From NCBI GenBank assembly GCA_963719505.1, contig CAVRCF010000001.1:1223754-1287753 (forward strand): a stretch of DNA of 64,000 nt. Reading direction: 5' to 3'. A model generated the notes under the pieces. That model did no database searches, had not been told where the DNA came from, and saw only the letters and a list, made by a program, of their open reading frames with translations. Shown one piece after another: positions 9,712 to 19,334 of the stretch. The stretch is from Halobacteriovoraceae bacterium (GTDB lineage: Bacteria; Bdellovibrionota; Bacteriovoracia; Bacteriovoracales; Bacteriovoracaceae). The stretch's first letter is position 1; every line of letters starts with the position of its first letter. The position numbers and the translations under genes are program-made.

Positions 9712-11082
9712 ATGAAAGTCGTTTTTATGGGACTAGCGCTGACACTAATCCTGAGCGGATGCTCTTCGTCAGAGAAAAAATCTGATTCTGGCTCTGGAGT
9801 TGATGCCTTAAACTTCAACGCACAGAAAAGAATATTCGATAATGGTTTGACTGCCATTGTTGTTGAAAATAAAAAACTGCCAATCTTTTCCTATTATACC
9901 TACTACAAAGTTGGGGGTAAACACGAAGAAGATGGGATTACGGGTGCCAGCCACTACCTTGAACACATGATGTTTAAAGGTGCAAAAAAGTATGGGTCTG
10001 GAATGTTTGACAAAATTGTTGAAGGTAATGGGGGCTCAAACAATGCCTATACGACAAATGATCTTACAGTTTACTATGAGAACCTTCCTAATCAGCACCT
10101 GAATAAAATTATCGATGTTGAAGCAGACAGAATGCAAAACTTAGCTTTGGAAAAAGAGTCTTTTGAAAAAGAAAGGAACGTCGTTTTAGAAGAGCGAAAA
10201 ATGAGATATGAAAACTCTGACGGTGGGAAAATATACCTAACGATGATGGAGAATATCTTTGAAGGGACCCCTTATGGCACAAGTGTTATAGGTAAGATCA
10301 AAGACATAAAAACTGTTACCAGAGACCAGATGTATCAATACTTTAAGATGTTCTATGCTCCTAATAATGCCATTATTGTCATTGTCGGAGATGTTGATGC
10401 TGAAGATGTTTTTGATGAGTTAGAAGAGAGGTTTGGAAAAATAAAAGAAAATAAAAAGTTAGTCGATTATAAAAAGAAAGTAACATCTCCAAAAGACTTT
10501 GAGTTTAAAGGAAAATATGGGGGAAGAAAAATTTCTCTAAACGGAACCAGTCCAAATCCAAGTTTTTTTCTCGCCTTCAAAGGTGTTAAAATTGGACCTC
10601 GCGATGCCTATGTTCTAGATATTTTATCCTCCCTCCTTGGTGACGGTGGAAGCTCTATTCTCAATCAAAAATATGTTCTTAATAAAAAACCAATCATGTC
10701 AAAGTCCCATGCTGGAAACTATACTTTGCAAGACTCTGGTGTGTTCTTTGTTGGAGGAGAGTTGAATAACGGATCACATTTGAAGTGGATTCAAAAAGAC
10801 CTCTATAAAACGTTATCAAATGCCTGTAAAAGTAAGATTGATCAAAGGTCTGTTCAGAGAATCAAAAATCAGTACCTGGTGGATATGCTTTCAGGTCTAG
10901 AGACAAATTCTGGTGTTGCAGGTTTTCTAGGAAATAGAGAAGTCTATTATGGAGACTATAATTTCTATAAAAAAGAGATTGATATCTATAACTCTGTCAG
11001 TGTTACGGAGCTTCAAGAGGCTTGTAAAAAGTACCTCAAAAAAGAAAATTCGATCTTTCTATCAATTTGGAATAAAAACTAA
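9712..11082 (+). CDS. M16 family zinc peptidase, catalytic subunit (lipoprotein)
   Basis: HYLEH (HxxEH) motif, NAYT, ERNVVLEERKMR; AAGGAG RBS and lipobox LSGC place the start at 9712. Confidence 0.92.
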   Translation: MKVVFMGLALTLILSGCSSSEKKSDSGSGVDALNFNAQKRIFDNGLTAIVVENKKLPIFSYYTYYKVGGKHEEDGITGASHYLEHMMFKGAKKYGSGMFDKIVEGNGGSNNAYTTNDLTVYYENLPNQHLNKIIDVEADRMQNLALEKESFEKERNVVLEERKMRYENSDGGKIYLTMMENIFEGTPYGTSVIGKIKDIKTVTRDQMYQYFKMFYAPNNAIIVIVGDVDAEDVFDELEERFGKIKENKKLVDYKKKVTSPKDFEFKGKYGGRKISLNGTSPNPSFFLAFKGVKIGPRDAYVLDILSSLLGDGGSSILNQKYVLNKKPIMSKSHAGNYTLQDSGVFFVGGELNNGSHLKWIQKDLYKTLSNACKSKIDQRSVQRIKNQYLVDMLSGLETNSGVAGFLGNREVYYGDYNFYKKEIDIYNSVSVTELQEACKKYLKKENSIFLSIWNKN

Positions 11083-11091
11083 GGAATCTTT

Positions 11092-12453
11092 ATGAAATAT
11101 TTACTGCTTATATTTATTATTTGCTCAAATTTATTTGCGGCAAATTATTTGGACGAAAATTTAAAGAAGTATAAATGGGATGACCTTGAGGTTGTTTGGT
11201 TAGAAGACTCTAGCTTTCCCACTTATGACATAACCTTCTACTTTCACTCTGGAGCCCTTACAGAGAAAAAGCATGGAGTGACTCAGCTGATGTTTGATGA
11301 ATTAACTTCTGGAACAACGAGATACTCCAGAAAAGAAATTTTAGATATTCTTGAGTTCTACGGAGCAAGCTATGGAGCCAACGTCACTCACGAGTACGCA
11401 ACTTTTTCTTTGAGTGGACTCGTTAAGGATGTCGAACCAAGTCTTAAGATGGTATGCCACCTTTTTAAAACAGCGACTTACCCAGTAAAAGAAGTGAATA
11501 AGACAAAGGCCAGAATGCGAACAGGTTTGAAAAATCTTGTGAACAACCATGGAGCTCTTGCAAGTCGAATCTTTAGAGAAGTTTCTTTAAAAGAGACACC
11601 TTATTCTAGTCCGGTTGGTGGAAGTCTCTCCTCAATTAATAAAATTTCGGCAAGAGATTTACACACGAGACTTTTAGAGTTTAATCAAACAATTAAGAAA
11701 AAGATTTATATCAAGGCTCCAGCGGGAGTGAAAGGTATTCAAAATATTATCGCTAAAGACTGCGGTTGGAGCGGAAATAAAGCGACGGCAACCGTCAAAC
11801 TACCTGAGGTAAAAAAGAAAAGTGAGAAGAAAGATAAATTATACTTTGTCGCCGTCCCAAATGCGAATCAAGCTCAAATCAGAATAGGTACTTTCTTAAA
11901 CTCAGAGCAAAGCTCTAAAGACTTTACTCTAAACGACTTGGCTTCTCGTTATATAGGAGGTGGATTTACTTCTGTATTAATGCAAGAGCTGAGAGTTAAA
12001 AGAGGTTTGACTTATACGGCTTCTGCTTATTCTTCTAGTCAAAGCTCTTACGGTAGAGTGGGGATTAATACTTTCACAAAAAATGAGACAATTGTTGATA
12101 TATTAAAGGTCACCAAAGAAGTGATTGAGAAGCAAACTCAGTCTATTCCAACTCAAAGTTTTCAATATCTAAAAAATTATCTTAAAGGTACATATCTATT
12201 TGGACTTGAGTCATCAAGTGCCTTTATCAAAAACCTTCTATTCTTTGATCATGTAGGAAGAGACTATGATGAAATCTATGCCTTTCCAAAAGAAGTTGAC
12301 GACATCTCTATTGACCAAGCCAAATCTAAAATAGGTGAACTTTTTGACTGGGATGTTCAAACAAAACTCATTCTAGGTGATAAAAAACTTATTAAGGTTT
12401 TGAGAAAAGCTGGATATAAGGTTGAAGTTTTAAAATATAATAAATACTTGTAG
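11092..12453 (+). CDS. M16 family peptidase, non-catalytic partner subunit
   Basis: GGGFTSVLMQELRVKRGLTY motif; lacks HxxEH; follows the catalytic subunit. Confidence 0.88.
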   Translation: MKYLLLIFIICSNLFAANYLDENLKKYKWDDLEVVWLEDSSFPTYDITFYFHSGALTEKKHGVTQLMFDELTSGTTRYSRKEILDILEFYGASYGANVTHEYATFSLSGLVKDVEPSLKMVCHLFKTATYPVKEVNKTKARMRTGLKNLVNNHGALASRIFREVSLKETPYSSPVGGSLSSINKISARDLHTRLLEFNQTIKKKIYIKAPAGVKGIQNIIAKDCGWSGNKATATVKLPEVKKKSEKKDKLYFVAVPNANQAQIRIGTFLNSEQSSKDFTLNDLASRYIGGGFTSVLMQELRVKRGLTYTASAYSSSQSSYGRVGINTFTKNETIVDILKVTKEVIEKQTQSIPTQSFQYLKNYLKGTYLFGLESSSAFIKNLLFFDHVGRDYDEIYAFPKEVDDISIDQAKSKIGELFDWDVQTKLILGDKKLIKVLRKAGYKVEVLKYNKYL

Positions 12454-12454
12454 G

Positions 12455-12802
12455 TTATTGATTCTCAGCATGGGCTTCCATGTTGAGAATTGCCCCTGGA
12501 TAGACTGAAAGCTGTTTTGCTTTAATAACGCCAGAGACTTCTGCAGATGAGCGAATGGTTAGTTTTCCCTCGGAATAAATATTCCCATAAACTTTTCCAA
12601 AAATTTCTATATCAAAACAATAAATTGTTCCATCGATTGTAGATTTTCTCTCAATGATTAAACGACTTGTATCTTTCATCGTTATTGTTCCCTCTATATG
12701 AGAGTGGATGATAGTATCTCCTTGCATCTCAAGATCGCCTACGATCTTGTTATTGGCCCCAAGGACTGTATAGTTTAAATTTTTAAAATTTATTTCTTTC
12801 AT
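12455..12802 (-). CDS. Bactofilin (polymer-forming cytoskeletal protein)
   Basis: Repeating hydrophobic-x-G beta-helix pattern (TVLG..NKIVGDL, IEGTI, IDGTI, VYGNI, AEVSGVI, VYPGAIL). Confidence 0.9.
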   Translation of the reverse strand: MKEINFKNLNYTVLGANNKIVGDLEMQGDTIIHSHIEGTITMKDTSRLIIERKSTIDGTIYCFDIEIFGKVYGNIYSEGKLTIRSSAEVSGVIKAKQLSVYPGAILNMEAHAENQ

Positions 12803-12803
12803 T

Positions 12804-13541
12804 TTAATCCAGGGTAAAAGGTCCAGCTTTTTTAAACGCCATTAAGTTACCAGTTTGTGAGAAAATAAAAATTTTGTACCAAACAACAGAACCTTTGGGT
12901 TTTTTAAACTCAGCAATGACTGGTCTAAACCTTGAGACAACAAAGCTTTCTCCTTTGCTGAAGATAAGATTAGGGTTTTCTAAACTTAAGTCGTAGTTGG
13001 GGTAGAAGCTAAGTCCATCTTTGTGGTATTGAACAATTGAAATATATCCAGCAAGTTTAGTATCGCCTTCTTGATTGTTTAAAATATCAAATTTAAAAAG
13101 CATTTTTTCTTTAAGGATATCATTGGTCATGTTTTCTAATTTGGCGTTCGCTTGCGCTCTGTTGTCTTCAAATCCTAAAGGCATAGAAAACAAGTTGAAG
13201 ATATTTCCAATTTCGTCAGAGGCTGAAGCGGCAGAACCAGTTGAGATTTTTTGAACAAGCTGGGAGTTTGTCGTTTTTAACGTGTTGAGTTCTGTCTCCT
13301 GTGACGAGACTTTTTCTCTTAAATTAAGAATAATTTCTGGTTCTTGAGATTTTGCTTTTTCGAGTTTTTGCTTCATATAGACTGATGTAAATAATGAGAA
13401 GGCAATGGACAAGATAATAACAACGGGAATGAGAAAGATCAGGGCCCTGACAATGACCTTATTAATTTTTAAATATTTAGGAGGCTTTGGTGCATCGTAG
13501 ACGACAAGTGTTAATTCTTTAGATGGATCCTGAATCATCAC
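12804..13541 (-). CDS. Membrane-anchored coiled-coil protein in the bactofilin operon
   Basis: Single TM (~aa 30-55), coiled coil, beta-rich C-terminal domain; overlaps the upstream gene and ends 1 bp before the bactofilin start. Confidence 0.7.
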   Translation of the reverse strand: MMIQDPSKELTLVVYDAPKPPKYLKINKVIVRALIFLIPVVIILSIAFSLFTSVYMKQKLEKAKSQEPEIILNLREKVSSQETELNTLKTTNSQLVQKISTGSAASASDEIGNIFNLFSMPLGFEDNRAQANAKLENMTNDILKEKMLFKFDILNNQEGDTKLAGYISIVQYHKDGLSFYPNYDLSLENPNLIFSKGESFVVSRFRPVIAEFKKPKGSVVWYKIFIFSQTGNLMAFKKAGPFTLD

Positions 13542-14517
13542 TTACCTCTACTTTGAAATATCTCGCCATTGGGACAAAATCTTGGATTGAGTCATCAGTG
13601 CTTTCCCAGTCTTCGCTTATAATTTTCCAATCATATTCAGCATTTCTTTTTAAATATAGCGTCTTTTTACCAATGTCATTGATTGTATTTGATTTGTAAT
13701 CTTGTAGGAGAGTTACAACGGCATAATCTTTAAAGTTTAAAATTGAAATATTTCTAAAGTTAATTTCAGGCTTACCAGGTCTTTTGAAAACTCTTCTTTT
13801 ATAATCTTTGTAAGAATAAAAGTTACCTTTTGTGTCACTATGAAAATCAGAAACCGAGTACTGGTTGATATATGTGTCGAAATCATTTGATTTCCAGGCA
13901 TTGGCCCATTCCACTATCGTTTCTGTTAGTTCTCGTTTGTTGGCATCCCAAGTTTCTTTTTTGAGAAAAGATATATTCTGAGTCACGATGATAGGAGTTT
14001 TATTAAGTTCGATATATTTTGCAATCTCTTTAATATCATCATCAGTTGCAACAACACATCCTTTAGAGTCTAGGCCTTTACTAATTCTTGTGTCGTCGTC
14101 TGTTGAATGAAGCCAAATTCCGCCCCCAGTCTTTCCATTTTTTTTATCTACTAGGTTAGGGTAGTTCATTGTAAAAGCACCAGCACCGTAAATGAGGCCA
14201 ACTTTTCCATAACTTGAGATGAGTTCACTTGCAGGTCTAAATTTTTCGAAGAAATAAATTCCCTCAGGTGTTTTTTTATCACCCTGAGCTCTTTTATTTC
14301 CCGTTCTTAGACCAGTGGCAATCTTGAAAGACTTGACCAAGCGAGGGAGATTATTATCATTCTTATAAAGGTAGAGTGTATGAGTCGACTTTTCCACAAC
14401 AATAACATGGTGGGTATACTTTTGATCTAGCTGATAAATAGATTCTGGAAAGAATTCTTCAGCATAAACAGATGCTGAAACGAATAAAATACCTGATATA
14501 AATAGTCTTATGAGCAT
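13519..14517 (-). CDS. L,D-transpeptidase/carboxypeptidase (YkuD) with C-terminal NTF2-like domain (Csd6/Bd1075-like)
   Basis: GDKKTPEGIY, GIWLHS...SKGCV catalytic His/Cys; C-terminal W..AW...DF..Y...Y...QDYKS..KKTLYL...WKIISE; signal peptide from ATG 14517 (GAGGG RBS). Confidence 0.88.
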   Translation of the reverse strand: MLIRLFISGILFVSASVYAEEFFPESIYQLDQKYTHHVIVVEKSTHTLYLYKNDNNLPRLVKSFKIATGLRTGNKRAQGDKKTPEGIYFFEKFRPASELISSYGKVGLIYGAGAFTMNYPNLVDKKNGKTGGGIWLHSTDDDTRISKGLDSKGCVVATDDDIKEIAKYIELNKTPIIVTQNISFLKKETWDANKRELTETIVEWANAWKSNDFDTYINQYSVSDFHSDTKGNFYSYKDYKRRVFKRPGKPEINFRNISILNFKDYAVVTLLQDYKSNTINDIGKKTLYLKRNAEYDWKIISEDWESTDDSIQDFVPMARYFKVEVSDDSGSI

Positions 14518-14672
14518 TTGACCCTCAGTGTTCACTCTTTACTTGATTAATTCCATAATTGTAAACAATGGATATTCCTTAATCAACATAAATGATTGAA
14601 ATCTTTTCCCTCATTGTGCTGCATCCTATGTCTTTGTTATTATTATACTAATAGAATAGCAGAGGAGAGTTT

Positions 14673-17333
14673 TTGAGAATATTATATTGGAGCAGCGAGT
14701 CTGATCGTTTTGACAAGATACTGGATGACCTTGCCCTACATTTTGAATTAATCGAATTCTCAGAAATCGCAAGTGTTTGCGACTTCATAAGCGATGAATC
14801 AGCTGATGCGATAATTTTTAATTATGACGAATCAACAAAAGAAATTGATAAGGCGATTAAAAAAATAAAAAAAGATTTCGATCTTCCCATTTTTCTTCAC
14901 TCGAATAATTTAAATTCAAAACAATTAGTAAAACATCAGAAGTCGAAAACCTCAGCAGACCTTTATTTGCGCTCACCAGTTTCAAAAGAATTGCTTTTGA
15001 CAATGGTTGCTCCCTTTACTGATGAAGAGATCATTATTGAACAAGAGGATGAGGCAACAAACTCACTCATTACGAATGAGGATTCTACTGCAGAGATTGA
15101 TATGAATGAATTCAATGGAAGCATTGCTAAAGGCCAGAATCAAAATGAAGAAGTTGACCTTGTTATTAACCAGCATCTCCCAGCAACCGGAGAGCTTTCC
15201 CCCGAAGTTAAAGAAATAAATACAAAACTAAACCAACAATTTTCAACTGTTAAAGAAGTGGAAAGTGTTCCATCTGGCGACGAAGACTTGGCTTTAGATG
15301 ATAATACAGAGAGCACAGAGGAGCTTATTGTGTCAGAAGATAATGATGATGGGTTATTACTATTGGATGATGATGCAATCGAAGATGATGCTGAATTAAT
15401 GACAGAAGAAAATGATGATTCAGATGATCTCTTAAGTCTTGACTCTGATGACTCTGATGATCTTTTAAGTCTAGACTCCGATGACTCCGATGATCTTTTA
15501 AGTCTAGATGAAAGTGAAAGCTCTGATGGACTCTTGGAAGAGGAAGAAGATCTTCTGATGCTTGACGACGACCTTGAGGAAGAGGCACCTCCAAGCTTGG
15601 ATACAGATGATAGTCTATCTCTCGCTGACGACTCAGAGGTGGACCTTTTGGAAATTGGAGACGATGAAGAACAAGCAGTTTTAGAAACTGGTGAAGATGG
15701 TATCGACCAAGAATCTTTAGATGATGACAGTATGAATCTTGATCTGTCAGAAAGTGACGAACTGACTTTGGGTGAAGATGAACCTATTGACTCCGCTCCT
15801 ATGGATGAAGGTGGATTAGATTTAGATCTCTCCTCTTCAGATGATCTGTCTTTGGGTGATGACGAAGTTGTTCCGGTCGAGATGATCGATGAGGGAGGAT
15901 TAGACTTAGATCTAGATGCCTCAGACGACCTTGTTCTTGGCGAAGATGATGAAGTTGCTGCTGTGGCCACTGAGGAGGAAGAAGGTTTAGACCTTGATAT
16001 GTCATCGAATGATGAACTCTCTTTAGGGGATGAAGATGTTGAAGTTGACTCAGTCGATAGCTTAGATGATGGTTTAGATATGGATTTAGATGATGATACG
16101 GGCCTTGAATTAGGTGATGAATCAGTTGTTGAAAATATTGAAGAGACTGAAGATGAGCTTTCTAGTGAAGGCGATATGGATCTTGATGATGACCTCGGTT
16201 TAAGTCTAGACTCCGAAGATCAATCAGATGACTCTTTAGAATTTGGCGATGAAGATGACTCAATGTCTTCAGATTCAATAGATGAACTTGATATGGACAG
16301 TGAAGAAGATCAAGTTGATGGTGAAGAAATCTCTTTTGGAAGTGAAGATGAAGAGGATGACTTTGATTCACTTGATGAAGTTGAATCCGGTGATGTAGAA
16401 GAATCAACGATAGATGACGAAGAGCCCCAGCAGTTTGAGGATGAGGACTTGTTTGGTACTCCGGCAGCTCAACAGACAGGAAGCCATAACATCTCTGAAA
16501 AAACGAGAGTTGACGACCAAAGCTTAGAGTTTTCCCTCAGCGATGCTAATGAAAGTTCACCTGACGATTTTTCAAGTGATGCTAAAATGAAACTGGCCGA
16601 GATCGATGGATTAATGGGAAATTCGGATTCAAGTTCAGTTGAAAGTGAAGAAGAGAGCGTTGAGGAAATAGAGCAAAGAAATAACTTTGTTGCTGAACAT
16701 CAGGAACTAAAAGATCGAAATAATCAGCAACTTGAGGGACTTGGAATTACCATAAAAGCTCTCCGAGATGATCGAGCTTTATTGATGGAGAAGATCGCAA
16801 AGCTTGAGAACCAGGAATCAGATAAAAAGGGGCATGAACTCAATCTGAAAGCTCAATTAGACGAGAAAAATATAGAGGTCAATGTTCTCAGAAGTCGTTA
16901 TCAAAAAAGTTTAGAAAACTTAAAAGTTGAACTTGATATAAGTTTAGAGAAGAAAAACATTCTAGAAGAGAAGTCCAAATTTTATGAACAAAAGATTGAA
17001 GAGCTAAATAAAAAAGTTCGAATTGATGTTAATATGGTCAGGCAAAGAGAGAAAGAGCTTGAAAATAAACTAGAGATGCTTCGTTCTGATTCAGAAGCTC
17101 AAATTCGTAATAGAGATCTTAAAATCTTGGAGCTCAAAAGAAAAATTGATACATTGGAATTCGATCTTGAAAGTGTTCAATCTCAAGAAAAAAAAATCGT
17201 TCACAATAAGTATGAGCTTGAAGAGAAAATGGAAAAAGTTATTGATACTCTTAGGGGGGCGATCGGTGAGTTGGAAGAAGATGGAAATTTTAGCAGAAAG
17301 ATAAAAAATATTAAAAAGAATCTGGATGTTTAA
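14673..17333 (+). CDS. Receiver-like domain + very acidic repeat linker + C-terminal coiled coil (polar scaffold-like protein)
   Basis: GAGGAG RBS with TTG start; N-terminal REC-like alpha/beta pattern (ADAIIFNYD, LPIFL, ADLYLRSPV); ~480-aa D/E-rich region; heptad-rich C-terminus. Confidence 0.75.
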   Translation: MRILYWSSESDRFDKILDDLALHFELIEFSEIASVCDFISDESADAIIFNYDESTKEIDKAIKKIKKDFDLPIFLHSNNLNSKQLVKHQKSKTSADLYLRSPVSKELLLTMVAPFTDEEIIIEQEDEATNSLITNEDSTAEIDMNEFNGSIAKGQNQNEEVDLVINQHLPATGELSPEVKEINTKLNQQFSTVKEVESVPSGDEDLALDDNTESTEELIVSEDNDDGLLLLDDDAIEDDAELMTEENDDSDDLLSLDSDDSDDLLSLDSDDSDDLLSLDESESSDGLLEEEEDLLMLDDDLEEEAPPSLDTDDSLSLADDSEVDLLEIGDDEEQAVLETGEDGIDQESLDDDSMNLDLSESDELTLGEDEPIDSAPMDEGGLDLDLSSSDDLSLGDDEVVPVEMIDEGGLDLDLDASDDLVLGEDDEVAAVATEEEEGLDLDMSSNDELSLGDEDVEVDSVDSLDDGLDMDLDDDTGLELGDESVVENIEETEDELSSEGDMDLDDDLGLSLDSEDQSDDSLEFGDEDDSMSSDSIDELDMDSEEDQVDGEEISFGSEDEEDDFDSLDEVESGDVEESTIDDEEPQQFEDEDLFGTPAAQQTGSHNISEKTRVDDQSLEFSLSDANESSPDDFSSDAKMKLAEIDGLMGNSDSSSVESEEESVEEIEQRNNFVAEHQELKDRNNQQLEGLGITIKALRDDRALLMEKIAKLENQESDKKGHELNLKAQLDEKNIEVNVLRSRYQKSLENLKVELDISLEKKNILEEKSKFYEQKIEELNKKVRIDVNMVRQREKELENKLEMLRSDSEAQIRNRDLKILELKRKIDTLEFDLESVQSQEKKIVHNKYELEEKMEKVIDTLRGAIGELEEDGNFSRKIKNIKKNLDV
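15414..15512 (+). repeat. 33-bp coding tandem repeat x3 (DDSDDLLSLDS)
   Basis: gatgattcagatgatctcttaagtcttgactct / gatgactctgatgatcttttaagtctagactcc / gatgactccgatgatcttttaagtctagatgaa. Confidence 0.9.
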
Positions 17334-18268
17334 TGAAGAATAAAAACACGACTAAATCTACGATCAAAATAAAAGATACTGAACAGATGCATGAGTATCT
17401 CAACTCTGTTTTTAGTGAATCACTACTTAATTGCAAGTACGCCTATTTCATTCAAGAGGGCGATAGTGCTATCTTTTATGGCGGTGATCAGTCTCTAAAT
17501 GTGAAAGAGCTTATAAAAAGCGCGAGAAAATTAATAAATAAAGATGTTGGAGATGTTTGTGAAATTGATGCAAACCATATTCTCGTTCCAATCTTTCAGT
17601 CTGACGAGAGTAAAGAGTTTCTCATTATTGAATCTCGGCAAGAGACAAAAGTCTTTTTAGAAGAGGAACTGTCTGACATTTTAAAAAACATTCACATCTA
17701 TAGGCAATTGAAGCTTAGGTGTGAAAGATTGATGTTGCTCAGTCATATTGATGAAGTCACAGGTTTGTATAACCAAAGAAAACTTGTGAAAGACCTAGAG
17801 GAGACGATAAAGTCTCATGAGGATGAAAATGAATCTTTCAGCCTCCTTTTTGTCGATATCGATCATTTTAAATCGGTAAATGATAATTTTGGACACCTTG
17901 TGGGGTCAGATATCCTCGCGGATTTGGGAGATCTTTTAAAATCCTTGGTCAGGGGAACCGATGATGTTTACCGTTTTGGCGGAGATGAATTTATCGTCAT
18001 TCTTAGGGAAGTCGATATTGAGACTGTTCACAGAATTGGTGTCAGGCTCTTAAAGACAATAAAGAATCATCACTTTGAGCTTGAAAGCGGCGAGAGCTAT
18101 AGTATGAGTGTCTCCATCGGAATAGCGGAGTTTCCAACAGATGCTAAAACATCTAAAGAAATGATTCAGCTTGCAGATGAAATGATGTATAAATCAAAAA
18201 AAACAGGACGTGGAAAAGTTATTCACCTAGGAAGGGAAGTTAAAAATGTTAATGTTAATACTAAGTGA
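17333..18268 (+). CDS. GGDEF dinucleotide cyclase with Hypr signature (probable 3',3'-cGAMP/c-di-GMP synthase)
   Basis: DIDHFKSVNDNFGHLVGS (Ser at the usual Asp position), RGTD I-site, intact RFGGDEF. Confidence 0.9.
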   Translation: MKNKNTTKSTIKIKDTEQMHEYLNSVFSESLLNCKYAYFIQEGDSAIFYGGDQSLNVKELIKSARKLINKDVGDVCEIDANHILVPIFQSDESKEFLIIESRQETKVFLEEELSDILKNIHIYRQLKLRCERLMLLSHIDEVTGLYNQRKLVKDLEETIKSHEDENESFSLLFVDIDHFKSVNDNFGHLVGSDILADLGDLLKSLVRGTDDVYRFGGDEFIVILREVDIETVHRIGVRLLKTIKNHHFELESGESYSMSVSIGIAEFPTDAKTSKEMIQLADEMMYKSKKTGRGKVIHLGREVKNVNVNTK

Positions 18269-19328
18269 TTTTCATCTAGGTAAGGGAAAGTTTTTAGAGG
18301 ACGGTCAAATAAATGTTCTCGAAGACTTTGATGAAGATGAAAAGTTTACAGAGCTTCTCGATCACTATTCGACAGGAACCTACTATTTTACTGACGTTCA
18401 CCTTGTTCTCAACGGGGATATCTTAAATCTAATCCAAATGGATGTCGATGGAATTTATACCCATCTCTTAACAGAAGATCACATATGTAAAATGGTTTCT
18501 CAGGTGGTTAAGGGACATCCTATTTTCTTTGAAAATTTGAGAAAGTTTTTATCTCGACCTAATAAAAAATTAACTTATGTCATAGGGAACCATGACTTTG
18601 GAATGGTTTTCGAAAAAGCTCAAAAGGTCTTTGCTGAAGCCTGTGGGGAAGAGGTAGAGTTTACAGAACAGCTTATTTCAAATGGTGTTCTTGTAGAGCA
18701 TGGTCACAGATTTGAGCCCATTAATACAGTTCCAAAGGCAAAAACTTTTATCAAAGGTCCGGGGGGGCAACAGATACTAAATCTGCCGTGGGCTTCACTT
18801 TTTTGTATTAACCTTCTGCCAAAACTAAAGCTCTATAGACCATTTCTAGATAAAGTTAGGCCTGTTTCTCTGTACATTTGGTGGGCTTTAATTCATGATT
18901 TTAGATTTTTTATGTATATGAGTTGGACTGTTTGTTTGTATGTCATAAGAACTCAATTTCCTCCTTATGGGAAATATAATAAAAATTTTAAAATTGGACC
19001 AAGACAACTAACAAAAATTGTTATTCATCCTAACTTTGAAAAATATGCCAAGAGGGTTCTTGCAACTAGGCCTGAAGTGAAGATTGTTGTTATGGGGCAT
19101 ACTCATATCACGGAGTGGAGACGCTTTAAAGATGGTCGCCAATATTTCAATTGTGGGACATGGAACCCAGTTCCATCGATGGATAGAACTCTACATAAAA
19201 ATATAACGGACCTTCACTACGTTTGCATTGATATCAATGAGAAAAAGGGCGTTATAAAGAATGCTTATCTCAATATTTGGCGAGGTAAATGGAGACCATT
19301 TAGCGAAGAGATTGTAACCTCTCCTTAG
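18246..19328 (+). CDS. Calcineurin-like metallophosphoesterase
   Basis: SDFHLG, NGD, GNHD, EHGH and MGHTH motifs. Confidence 0.88.
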   Translation: MLMLILSDFHLGKGKFLEDGQINVLEDFDEDEKFTELLDHYSTGTYYFTDVHLVLNGDILNLIQMDVDGIYTHLLTEDHICKMVSQVVKGHPIFFENLRKFLSRPNKKLTYVIGNHDFGMVFEKAQKVFAEACGEEVEFTEQLISNGVLVEHGHRFEPINTVPKAKTFIKGPGGQQILNLPWASLFCINLLPKLKLYRPFLDKVRPVSLYIWWALIHDFRFFMYMSWTVCLYVIRTQFPPYGKYNKNFKIGPRQLTKIVIHPNFEKYAKRVLATRPEVKIVVMGHTHITEWRRFKDGRQYFNCGTWNPVPSMDRTLHKNITDLHYVCIDINEKKGVIKNAYLNIWRGKWRPFSEEIVTSP

Positions 19329-19334
19329 AGAACC

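Noticed and set aside
15414-15512. Tandem repeats here and at 49359-49414 as a CRISPR array
   Set aside because: They are in-frame coding repeats without spacers, and no cas genes are present.
15140-16407. Ser-rich and His-rich antisense ORFs (15140-15970, 15325-15594, 15799-16005, 16162-16407)
   Set aside because: They are shadows of the GAT/GAA-rich acidic coding strand and have no RBS or independent features.
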